From Heterodontus francisci (taxonomy: Eukaryota): a DNA stretch of 64,000 nt. The notes below the pieces were generated by a model. It was not told the origin of the DNA, did no database searches, and worked only from the letters and a program-made list of their open reading frames with translations. A program made the position numbers and the translations under genes. Location: contig NC_090396.1 of NCBI RefSeq assembly GCF_036365525.1, forward strand, positions 64,948,429 to 65,012,428, in the 5' to 3' direction. Shown here piece by piece: positions 47,301 through 59,300 of the stretch (positions are counted from its first letter, which is position 1; every line of letters begins with the position of its first letter).

Positions 47301-50300
47301 AAAAAAATGACCAAAAGCTGCAACTTGGCAGCCAATCCAGCATAGTGGTTATTTCATTGGACTAGCAACCTGGAGGCCTGCACTAATCATCCAGAGATGT
47401 GAGTTCAAATCCCACCACAGCAATTAATTAAAATAAATTTGAAATAAAAAAACTGGTTGCAGGAATTGTGACTGGAACTATTGGATTGTAGTTTAAAAAC
47501 TCATCTGGTTCACGAATGTCCTTTTTTTTTTTTAGGGAATGAATTTTTTTTTCATTCATTCATTCATGAGCGGTGAGCCTCATTGGCTATGCCAGCATTT
47601 ATTGCCCATTCCGAATTGCCTTGAGAAGGTGGTGGTGAGCTGCTTTCTTGAACCGCTGCAGTCCATGTTGTGTAGGTATACCCACAGTGCTGTTAGGAAG
47701 GGAGTTCCAGGATTTTGACCCAGTGACAGTGAAGGAACAGCGACATAGTTCCAAGTCAGGATGGTGTGTGACTTGGAGGGGAACTTGCAGGTGATGTTCC
47801 CATGTATTTGCTGTCCTTGTCCATCTAGGTGGTAGAGGTCACGGGTTTGGAAGGTGCTGTTGAAGGAGCCTTGGTGTGTTGCTGCAGTGCATCTTGTAGA
47901 TGGTACACACTGCTGCCACTGTGCGTCGGTGGTAGAGGGAGTGAATGTTGACTGTGGTGGATGGAGTACCGATCAAGCGGGCTGTTTTGTCCTGGATGGT
48001 GTTGAGCGTCTTGAGTGTTGTTGGAGCTGCACCCGTCCAGGCAAATCTGCCATCCTGGTCTGGCGTACGTGACTCCAGACTGTCTCTCTTAACTGCCTTC
48101 TGAAATAGCTTAGCGAGCTACTCCATTATATCAAACTGCTATGAAAAGCTATAATCTACAAGGATGGTAGCAGTTCAAGGCAATGGTTCAACACCACCTT
48201 CTCGAGGGTAATTAGGAATGGGTTGTAAATGCTGGCCTTGCCAGCGATGCTCATATCCTGTCAATATAATTTTTTTTAAAAAGGAATGTTTTGAGGCTGC
48301 TGGTTTAAACCCGATTTGTGTACACATTGCACGGTCTGTTCAGTTGGATTGTCTCCAGGACCAATGGGATTAGTGTGGGAGTTTGCTGCACTGTATTTGA
48401 AGCCACAAGTATTTGAGTCTGATGCTCTGTCATTTTGATCCAGAATATCCTTGGCCTCCATGACATTCCCCGTCAATTCTTCCGTGAGGTCTACTACACG
48501 TTCTATAATCTAGCAGACAGCAGGTCAGTATTCCGGCTTTATCTGCAGCTCCAGAGGCTTGGTGACTAACTGTGCTATGTAGGCCGAGAAGGCCCCAGGT
48601 TTGATCCCTAAGTCTGTCCTAAGCGGACCAATCAAAGGAGGAGTTGAGCATTGCCACTGATTGCAGCACCCCTGGGCTAGGGAGAGGGGAAAACAGCTCC
48701 TCAAATTCCTGCTCCTGATGGCTAGACAGAACTTGCATTTTTCTCAAGCGTTTCATGACCTCAGGTCATCCCAAAGCATTTCATGGTTGTGATCGCATTG
48801 TTTGTGGGATCTTGCTGTGTGTAAATTAGCTGCTGCCTTTCCTACATAACAGTGCCTGCGCTTCATTGGCTGTGAAGCACTTTGGGAGAGCCCAAGATAA
48901 ATGCAAGCCTTTCTTTGATACTTATTGTTGCTTTCAGATTAAAAAGTTAAAAGGTTTAGTTATCATGGTTTAAGCAGTTACTGGCTCTTTTGAATTGCCT
49001 CCTCAGTCTGACTTTTTCTTTCTTTCAAAATTTGTGTAGAAACTTGGGTTTAGACCAAGAAATTCCTGATCTCCTGGCCAAGGGCTCTCTCGGTTTTTGC
49101 TGTTTGCTGTAACACTTTGGCATTTTGTTGTGCTGAGCATGGAGAGGTCAGAGGGTGTCCGCAAGACTTGTTTCCTTAATCTCGGCCCCACTGTGGAAGG
49201 GAGGTGGAGAATCCAGACACTTCACTTCCCCCTGGAAGGAGTGAAATTCAGGGATATCTTCTTGTTCCTCCTCCTATCCCAGGTCTTCCTGCTCGTCATA
49301 AAATTCTGGGCCAAGAGCAGCAGTGAAAAGTGGGAGAGGGTGTGAATGGCTTTAAAAAAAAAAAAAAAAAAAAATCTAAGTTCCTACTGACTAGCCCCCA
49401 TCCAGTGGGTTGTGACATTTTGTGGGGGGTTGCTGTTTGACAGTAAATGGCAAAAATGATGGCCAGCGGCTGGAAAATTGGGGCTATATAGAGTCTGGTG
49501 ATCAATACTGCAAATGGAAAGGGGGGGGTTAAAGAACTGTTCACACTAGAATATGGGGCACATTATCACAAATGCAAGTCAATCATCTTTTAGGAAGAAG
49601 TCGGATGATAATGGGGCTCAGGGAAAGGGCAGGAAAATAGATGGCTCTCATCTGGAGCTGGCACAGACCTAATGGGCTGAATGGTTGATCTCTGTGTTGC
49701 TGTTTACCTGTGGTGCTTCACCTCGCCCTCCTATTGGTTTCCACCTCGCTACAGGGTCGGTGACCTCGTGCTTGGCATGGTCTGTCTCTTCCTGCTCGTG
49801 CTGTTGAAGAAAATGAAGAACCAGCTTCCGGAAAAATCCGACCACCTGCCGCTCCTGAACAGGGTGTGTTACGCCATTGTCAGCTTCACTGGAATAGGTC
49901 TGTCTGGCTTTATGTCCTGCTGCTTGAATTAAAGCTGCATAGTAACCTCCCGGGCAAAACAGCAGGGTTAGAGTTGTTAATGTGACAAACTTGTTGAGGG
50001 GTCTTGCACCTCAACCTTCAGATGGATGTTGTGGCGTTGGATGCTTTTGGTGCTTCCCTTGAGGACTGAAGCTTGGATTCGGGGTGGGGGGGTCCGTAAA
50101 TTGAACTGAATTTGATTTTGGTTTCACTTATTTGTGTAACTTGCTGTGTACTAGAAGTTACTTGTATTGATCTTTCGATTGAGTCCGTGATAATTGGTGT
50201 TTCTCATTGTGGCCTTCACTGTAGAAACATCAGAAATAGTTTTTATTTAATAAAAAATTACTTAATTCTTAAATCTTTGTTCTTGATTTATAAATTAGCA

Positions 50301-53300
50301 TTCATCTCACTGTAAAACAGTCATAGTATAGACAAGGCTTGGTAATATGAAGACACTCGACAAAGGTAAATCAAATAACAGTGGGCAAATGTCACAAGAT
50401 TAAGCATCACGACTGTTACGTGTTTGAGTTTCATGTGATCACGTGGCACGTGATCAAATCTCCAGGAATATGTCAAACCAGAGTTGGCAACTCTCGTTTA
50501 AGAGACAGAGCAAAGTGTGCAAGTGATCACTGAGTGCTTTACTACCTGGTTTCCTGAATGGTGGTAGATGTTTTAAATATACACAAGTGAATTGTTAACC
50601 TGTAAAAAGAGACCGTGTAGGCTGGGGTGTGTGTAGGCTATTATTCTAAGAGTAGTACATGTGATTAAAATGATGTCACCGTAGTCACAACTGTGCTAGT
50701 CAGCAATTCTCATTGGCTGACACTGCTCCACTGAAACCAGTCTCCTCAGCTATCTGATATACTGCCCTCCAGTGTTCTCCTGTTCCCTCCAGGTATGAGC
50801 AGAGTTTGAAAGGGTTACACACCTTCGGTGTTTCCTGTTTCACTGGACATGATCATGAATTTCACCACTCACTCTGCCATACACCCTTTCACCCCATCCA
50901 AATATCCTTAAAATTCACTAAAATCCCACTGTTGATGTGCGATGCAAGTCTTGTGTTTTTGGTTTTATTATTGAATAAATTTTCTGTGGTATTTTTAAAG
51001 ATTGATTATTTTGGGTTATTCAAAAATGCTTTTTTTTTTTCCTATTTGTGAGCTGAGTGTTATTAGCAAGGCCAGCATTTATTGCCCATCCCTAATTGCC
51101 CTTCAGACGGTGGTGGTGAGCTGCCTTCTTGAACCGCTGCAGTCCATGTGGGGTAGGTATATCCACAGTGCTGTTAGGAAGGGAGTTTCAGGATTTTGAC
51201 CCAATGACAGTGAAGGAATGGCGATATAGTTCCAAGTCAGGATGATGTGTGATTTGGAGGGGAACTTGCAGGTGGTGGTGTTCCTATACAATTGCTGCCC
51301 TTGTCCTTCTAGGTGGTAGAGGTCGTGGGTTTGGAAGGTGCTGTTGAGTGAGCCTTGGTGAGTTGCTACAGTGCACCTTGTGAATGGTACCTGGTTAAAA
51401 CACGCTGGGGAGGGATGAAGTGAAAATGGGAAGGCGGTGGGGAACAATACTTGGGGGGGAAAAGGATGTGTGCGCGCCATTAGTTTTCAATCCTGTCTGT
51501 GGGTATGTGAAAGGGTACCTCGTGTGGTTCTATCAACTTCAGTGTTGGACACGACTGAGTATGGGATCTGGGAAACTAGAAGCAGTGTTTGTAGGTAAAG
51601 TTCTGGTAAAAATAAAAGTAGGGCGGCGCAGTGGTTAGCACCGCAGCCTCACAGCTCCAGGACCCGGGTTCGATTCCGGGTACTGCCTGTGTGGAGTTTG
51701 CAAGTTCTCCCTGTGTCTGCGTGGGTTTTCTCCGGGTGCTCCGGTTTCCTCCCACAAGCAAAAGACTTGCAGGTTGATAGGTAAATTGGCCATTATAAAT
51801 TGTCACTAGTATAGGTAGGTGGTAGGGAAATATAGGGACAGGTGGGGATGTTTGGTAGGAATATGGGATTAGTGTAGCATTAGTATAAATGGGTGGTTGA
51901 TGTTCGGCACAGACTCGGTGGGCGAAGGGCCTGTTTCAGTGCTGTATCTCTAATCTAACAGAAGGGGGTTTAATCATAGAATGGAACAGCCAAATGCTAA
52001 GTAACCAAATGGACTGAAGAGGAAAGAAATTGGTACTGAGTTGATGTGGAGTCCTATCTATGTTTCTAAGGATATTTTGACTGTTTAATTATAATATTCC
52101 TGTTCTCTCTGCAGCCCGGAATGCTGTGGTGGTGGTAGCTGCCAGTCTGGTTGCTTACTGCTTTGAAAGTCAAGATCAGCACACGTTCACTTTGACGGGA
52201 AAAACCGCTCGGGGCCTCCCGCCTTTCCGTCTCCCACCCTTTTCAGATGCAGCGTCCAACGGGACCGTCTGCTTTTCCGAGATGGTTCAGGTAAGGGTTA
52301 ACCACATAAAGCAATCCAGCACAAAATCAAACATGGTCCAACGACTAAATTGACCTGGCCCAGCACTAAATCCCTCGTAATATGGAAAAGATTTTATAGC
52401 TGAAATTCCAATCTACATTCATCCAGAGTATCTGAGCAATCTTCCACAACCACTACCTACCACCCCCCCCCCCCCCCCCACCCACCCCCGCTCTTTATAA
52501 TACAAGAAAGTTGATGGGGGTTTTTATTGGGATCCTCCATTCAAGTATAAAGTTTATAACTTGTAACCCAGTCCATGTTAGTTCAACAGTTATCCACGAC
52601 ACTGGGTCAAAGTACAATTCAGAATGAAATGGAATTAACTGCTCTTTGCCAGAATAATCTAGGATGAAGCTTGACAGTGATGTCTTAATGAACACACATT
52701 TATCTATAATGTATTTAATATCATCACCATGTTGAGTATTGAGATTTGCTGCTTGGATATTCATCACAGCATGGTGGGGGCAGGGGTTTGTGGTGCTTAG
52801 TAAGTGGGTGGTTAACTCTGACACTGACACTTATCAAACACTCTGATCTTTCCAGAAGTTTGGAGCAGGATTAGCTGTGGTGCCGCTGGTTGGATTTCTG
52901 AAAGTATTGCAATAGCCAAAGCCTTCGGTGAGTGATCAGCACAAGTAACCTGTCTCAAAACCACAAACAGCCCAGCTCAGCCTTGCCTGTTCCACCACCA
53001 CAGTGGCGCAGTGGTTAGCACCGCAGCCTCACAGCTCCAGTGACCCGGGTTCGATTCTGGTACTGCCTGTGCGGAGTTTGCAAGTTCTCCTTGTGTCTGC
53101 GTGGGTTTTCTCCGGGTGCTCCGGTTTCCTCCCACAGCCAAAGACTTGCAGGTTGGTAGGTAAATTGGCCATGAGAAATTGTCACTAGTATAGGTAGGTG
53201 GTAGGGGAATATAGGGACAAGGGACAAGTGGGGATGTGGTAGGAATATGGGATTAGTGTAGGATTAGTATAAATGGGTGGTTGATGGTCGGCACAGACTC

Positions 53301-56300
53301 GGTGGGCTGAAGGGCCTGTTTCAGTGCTGTATCTCTAAATATAAAAATATAAATTATTCCATGGCTGATCTGTACCTCAATTCTGTTTACCATCACTGCT
53401 CCATATCCACCCTTTACCTAATAAAAATCTATCCATCTCCGTCTCACAAGCTCCAATTGACCCTCAGCTTTTCGGGGGAGAGAGTTCCAGATTTCCACTA
53501 CCCTTCGTGCAAAGGAGTGCTTCCTGACATCACCCCTGAACAGCCTGGCTCTAATTTTAAGGTTCTGGCCTCTCCCAGACCAGAGGAAGTAGGGTAACTA
53601 TTAATACCTGAATCACTTTGAACATACTGGATTGAGGTGTTTAAAGGAATTCAAGGCAAGTCTGTGCAAGCTGGACTAATTTAACCCTTTTAGCCCCAGT
53701 ATCATCCTGGTGAATCTGTCCTATACTCCCACCAAGGCAGGTATATCCTTCCAAAACCCACCATGATCTTGATTCCTGGAATGTGTCGGACATCCCGTCA
53801 GATGCTGGCAGTGTTAATGTTCCTTCACTCGGACTGTTTGTGGAAGGAGCCCCCAGACCCTATGTAAACACTTCTGGGGTTCAGTCAGAGGGTTGCTCAG
53901 CTGTGATGTGCAGCAACCAGCAAGGGCTGATAGAGGCTGCCTGATACTGACAGACTAGATTGAGACAACGCCTGTCTAAATCATCTTCACTCCACCTCGC
54001 TTTAAGAAGGAGTTCAGTCCGTGGTGTCTGTCTCTCTTTTTTGTTTATTTTTTGTTTAAATTAACTTTCTGAAGCTGTTCACACTGGGGGTTTTGGTGAG
54101 CAGCAGAGGTTTGAATTGATGGATTTTCTGTCTTATTTTGCAGCCAGTCAGAATGATTACAGAATTGACCCGAATCAGGAACTCCTCGCAATCGGTAACA
54201 GCTGACATTGTATTATTTTGTTGAAGAGCTGGGGAAGGGGTGTATTTATTCGCAGCCACCTGTTTGTAGAATCTGGTGTCTGGCATCAAGGGGGAGCGGT
54301 GAACTCGGCGGTAATGTCTGGGTGCATCAATTCCTCTGCTCCGTACCAACACCAAGTGCATATGAGCCACTTGTTTTCCGACACTCATCAGGTAGTCATC
54401 GTCCCCTCTTTTCCGCTGCCCCCCCTGGGGGTGGGGGTTTGGCTGAGGTGTGAAGTTTCCTGTTTTGAGTTCCAGTATTGTCCATCTATTCCCCTCCCTC
54501 CCCACTTGCTCCTGATTCTGAGGAGTGGAGGGAAAGGGCCTCCCTTTCCACTGAGGGAGACTCCCAGGATGTCTCCTTGGGTATTTGGAACTGGCTGGAT
54601 TTAGAGTGATTTGCGCAAAGACCTCACCACAGGCTTCCTGCAGACTCGACATTGACCAATACTCAGTGCAAAGAAAAGCCAAAAACAGCAGATCCAGCTG
54701 CAAAACTACACACCTTCAGGGGAAGGAAATGGAGCCAGTTACACAGAACTGACTTACACGCCCCTGCTCTGCGAAGAGGATTTTATTTTGGGGTTTGGCA
54801 ACCTGTTGACCCTGGTACAAGAATCCACATGTGTGTCTGTCCCCCCACCTCCCCATGTTGTTCTCCTATGTCTCTAACCTGGGACAGACTGACCCATGGC
54901 ATTGACTCTGTCCTGACTCTCTCTCTCTTGTGGTTTACAGGCAGTACAAACATACTGGGCTCGTTTCTATCATCATAATCCAGTGACTGGGAGTTTTGGG
55001 AGGTATGTCATGGTTGTGGGGGTGGGTAGTTTGGGAGGGGCTGGCTTTGGGGTGGGGTTTGGTCCAGGATTTGGAGACTTTGTGCTGCTGATCCTGTTAC
55101 AATGGAACTGTTAATCAGCAACTGTGGGGAAATATTCCCTACCCCTCACCCAGAGTGAAATGGTGGCACAGTAAAGGAGCACTGAGCAATGGGTGGGGGC
55201 ACTGACTGCGGAGGGGGCTAGTGGGAGGGGAGTGACATGCTTTCAGCTATTCCCCTTGGCAATGGACTGATGCATGATGCGTGAGCTGGATTAACTTGCT
55301 CATTGATGCTGATGGTTCCGTGTTGGTGGCTGTGTCGTGGCTGTTAATCCCACTCCTCCAGTTTCTGCTGTGACTAGTTTTTCAAACTCTTTCTCTCTCT
55401 CTCTAGGACCGCAGTGAATTCGCAAACTGGTGTGTGCAGCCCTGCTGGTGGAATAGCCACTGGTGAGTCACTTGTTTTTAAATGGAGTTTTCCCCTCAAT
55501 GTCACCTTGCGTCAGCCTGAAATGTAATGTTAGTGATTTTAATTTGTCCTTCTACTATTCCTCGCCAGCCTTGTAAATGGTTGAGTTGTCTGACGCTGTG
55601 GATTTTCTGATTTTCTTCTTTACCAGGAGTTATTGTGCTGTTGTCCCTGGCCTTCCTGACTCCTCTCTTCTTCTTCGTCCCAAAAGCTGCACTGGCAGCA
55701 GTCATCATCTGTGCCGTCTCCACCGTGTTTGACTTCCGGATCATCGGCAGGCTCTGGAGGGTGAAAAAGTAGGTGTTGGAATGTGATCAGGGTGAATCTC
55801 GCCTTTGTGTTTCCACCCCCATCCCAGACACCAATACTTTATTTTTACTATCCCTTCTCCGAGTGTCCATGGGAAATGCGGATGATTGAAGCCTTGAGCA
55901 TAGTGTCACTCTCCTACTGAAGAGGGTCTGCGGATGACAGTTTTATGAACCTCTGCTTACAAGCCTGAAACTTGGCGTTGGGGTCAGCTGTGGCTCAGTG
56001 GGTCACAAACTCGCCTTGGAGTCAGAAGCTCGTGGGTTCAAATCCCACTCCAGACACCTGAGGACCTAATGGAGGCTGCACCCTGCAGTGCTCGTACTGA
56101 GGGAGTACTGCACTGTCCAAGTCCTGTCTTTTGTCTGCCCCTTCTGAGTGTAGGTTTAAAAAATTCCATGACACTATTTTGAAGTAGAGCAGGGAGGGGT
56201 TATCCCTGGTGTCCTGACCAATGTTTACCCCTCAACCAACATCACTCAAACAGATTGTCTGGTCATTAGTGTATTGCTGTGTGCAAATTGGCTGCCTTGT

Positions 56301-59300
56301 TTCCACTGTGAAAGCAAACTTTTAAAAGTACTTTTATTAGCTGTAAAGTGCTTTGGGACATCTTATGGTTACATAAATGTAAGTCTTTCTATCTGCGATT
56401 AGCTTCTCCTGAAGCCTTAGTAAATATAGTGATGACAGCTCGCCCTCGTGTGGCTGTTTGGTGTATCATCCCTATTCATTCTACTTCAGCCTTTTCACGA
56501 GTGTTCAGTTTTGTGCTGTGGTAACCCCTCAGAAGTGAGGACATCAAATTATCTTGTGTTTTTGTTGTTTGTTTTCTGCAGAATTGGACCTGCTGCCTTT
56601 CCTAGCATCGTTCCTGGGTTGTTTTTGGGAAATCCAGTATGGAATTCTGGCTGGAATAGCTTTGTCTGGATAATTCTGCTTTTTAACATTGCCAGACGGA
56701 GATTAAGGTAATGTTTTTTCTCTCGTGCTCACACATTTAATTCAACCATAAAAGCAGATAGAGCCGTTCATTAGTCTGCTGTGATGTAGTCACACTGAGC
56801 CACTGGGAAAATAAACTGAAAATGTTCCTTAATGAGTTTATCAACTGACCTCAGCACCCCTGGATTAGTGAGGGTAACATCCACTGGGCATCCAGAGCAG
56901 ATCAATATCCAGTGATCCCTCCAGTGGGAAGGGGGTAAAAGGCTTGTGCTTGGCTACAGTGCAGGCCTCTCTCTCTCCCCTCTTTGTTTTTCTCTCTCTC
57001 TCTCTCCCCTCTTTGTTTTTCTCTCTCTCTCTCTCTCTCTCCCCTCTTTGTTTTTCTCTCTCTCTCCCCTCTGTGTTTTTCTCTANNNNNNNNNNNNNNN
57101 NNNNNNNNNNNNNNNNNNNNNNNNNNNNNNNNNNNNNNNNNNNNNNNNNNNNNNNNNNNNNNNNNNNNNNNNNNNNNNNNNNNNNNNNNNNNNNNNNNNN
57201 NNNNNNNNNNNNNNNNNNNNNNNNNNNNNNNNNNNNNNNNNNNNNNNNNNNNNNNNNNNNNNNNNNNNNNNNNNNNNNNNNNNNNTGAGTGAGACCACTG
57301 GTGAATCACCTAGCCAACAAACTGGGGGAGTTGTACCCTGTCCATTGTAGTACTGTTTTCCTACGAGGTTGGTTAGCAAAGTTCCTCCCCGAATTAACAC
57401 CCACAGCTGATTAGAAAGCCAAGGCAAGAAAAACATCAATGAGAAATTGCACCGCAGTACAGACCATTTTGTATATGCATTGCTTAACCATTTATACGGT
57501 ATAAGTATGGAGATTAATGACCCACAGGGAAGCTGAAGACAGTGGAATCCTAATTCCTCTCCTTGTGTCTCAGATTTCTGATTACAGTATGGTTGTAGTG
57601 CAGTTACAGAGTGGTCTGAATTTCCCTGCTGTTGAACATGTTCGTGATCTGCTGTATAAGCATGCGTTGGAGGGTAAGTAGAAACCTCACTGATCCTGGC
57701 TAATCCCACAGCTTCTCTCTGTTTATGTGCAAGGCTGGCATTTGAACCTGCTCTAAATCTGCGAGTTTTCTTACGGTGGGACCCAGTGATTCTGCTGTCG
57801 AGATGCATTCAGTACTTGGAATTTTCATTCCACATTTAGCAACACAGGAGGTATTGAAATAGAACAGTATTGTGTACAGTTCTGGTCACCACAGTACAGA
57901 AAGGACATAATTGCTCTGGAGAGACTACTGAGGAGATTTACAAGTGTGTTACCACGGCTTGAAAGTTGTAGCTATGAGGAAAGATTGGATAGGCTAGGGT
58001 TGTTTCCTTTGAATAGAGGAGGTTGAGGGGTGACTTAATTGAGGGCTAGATAGAGCAGACAGGAAGGACCTGTTTCCCCTAGCGGAGAGGTCAATTACCA
58101 GGGGGCACAGATTTAAGGTGATTAGTGGAAGGATTTTGAGGGGACATGAGGAAATACTTTTTCACCCAGAGGGTGATGGGTGTCTGCAATTCACTGCCCA
58201 GATCGGTGATGGAGGCAGAAGCCCTCGACTCTTTTCACAGAATCGTTACAGTGCAGAAGGAGGTCATTCAGCTCATCGTGTCCGCACTGGCTCGCCAAAA
58301 GAGCAATTCCCTCAGTTTCATTCCCCTGCCTTCTCCCCATAACTTTGCACATTCTTCCTTTTTCATATTACTGTCTAATTCCCTTTTGAATGTTTCTCTA
58401 GTGTTAACACTCCTAGCTCTCATTAGACTTTTGTAGCTTCAGTCATCTTGATTGGCACCCCATCCACCACCTTCAACATTCACTCCCTCCCTCCACCACT
58501 GACGCACAGCAGCAGCAGTGTGTACCATCTACAAAATGCACTGCAGCAACTCGCCAAGGCTCCTTAGACAGCACCTTCCAAACCTGTGACCTCTACCACC
58601 TAAAAGGAGATGCATGGGAACACCAGCACCTCCAAGTTCCCCTCCAAGCCACACACCATCCTGATTTGGAACCTTCACCGTTGCTGGGTCAAAATCCTGG
58701 AACTCCTTACCTACACCAGGTGGACTGTAGCAGCAGCTCACTACCATCCTCTCAAGGGAAACTAGAGAAGGGCAATAGATGCTGGCCTTGCCTATAATGC
58801 CCATATCCCCCAAATGAAAGGTCACAAACCCATTGTGTCCAGTTAGCTGCCCAATGTTGATGTGTGTGAACCTTTCAGACTCCAGTTCTATTTCTCCCTT
58901 CTCTAGTTCTTTGGTCTAGGTGAGGATGTAACCAATGGGTGCACAGGAATATCTCCTGCAAAGGATGCAACGCAGTATGAGACACAGAAATAAGGAGTTG
59001 GTGTTTTTGGTTAGGATCCAAGCAAGTGGCTATTTTATTTATTTTAAAAAAATTAAATTTTGGCTTTGCCTCGAGTCAAGATTCACTCACCCTGACCTAG
59101 TTACGGAGGGAGAAATCCAGGCTTTTGTGTCCAGAATAAATTTCAACACGTTGCTCCTGTGATTCGCCAGTGTTGTCCAGCGAGGAGTTGAACTGTCCAG
59201 ACCAAGAACGACTCAAATCTGAGCCTCCGTCAGTGCTGAATTCCAGCCAGGGACATGGTGAGTGCTGGAACAGGCCTTGTGTTAAGGAAGGCAGAGTGAC

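Noticed and set aside
51621-51700. tRNA-like sequences with A and B boxes (also 53001, 30836, 55982)
   Set aside because: SINE heads that continue into SINE bodies; not tRNA genes.
54056-54703. 215-aa antisense ORF over SLC26A11 exon 8
   Set aside because: Non-ATG start, no recognisable homology; consistent with a chance ORF.
52900-54978. Compensating -1/+1 frameshift pair or programmed frameshifting in SLC26A11
   Set aside because: The shifted frame hits TAG at 52913, and the homopolymer pattern favours assembly error.
56902-57808. ORFs containing runs of X
   Set aside because: Artefacts of the 200-N gap.
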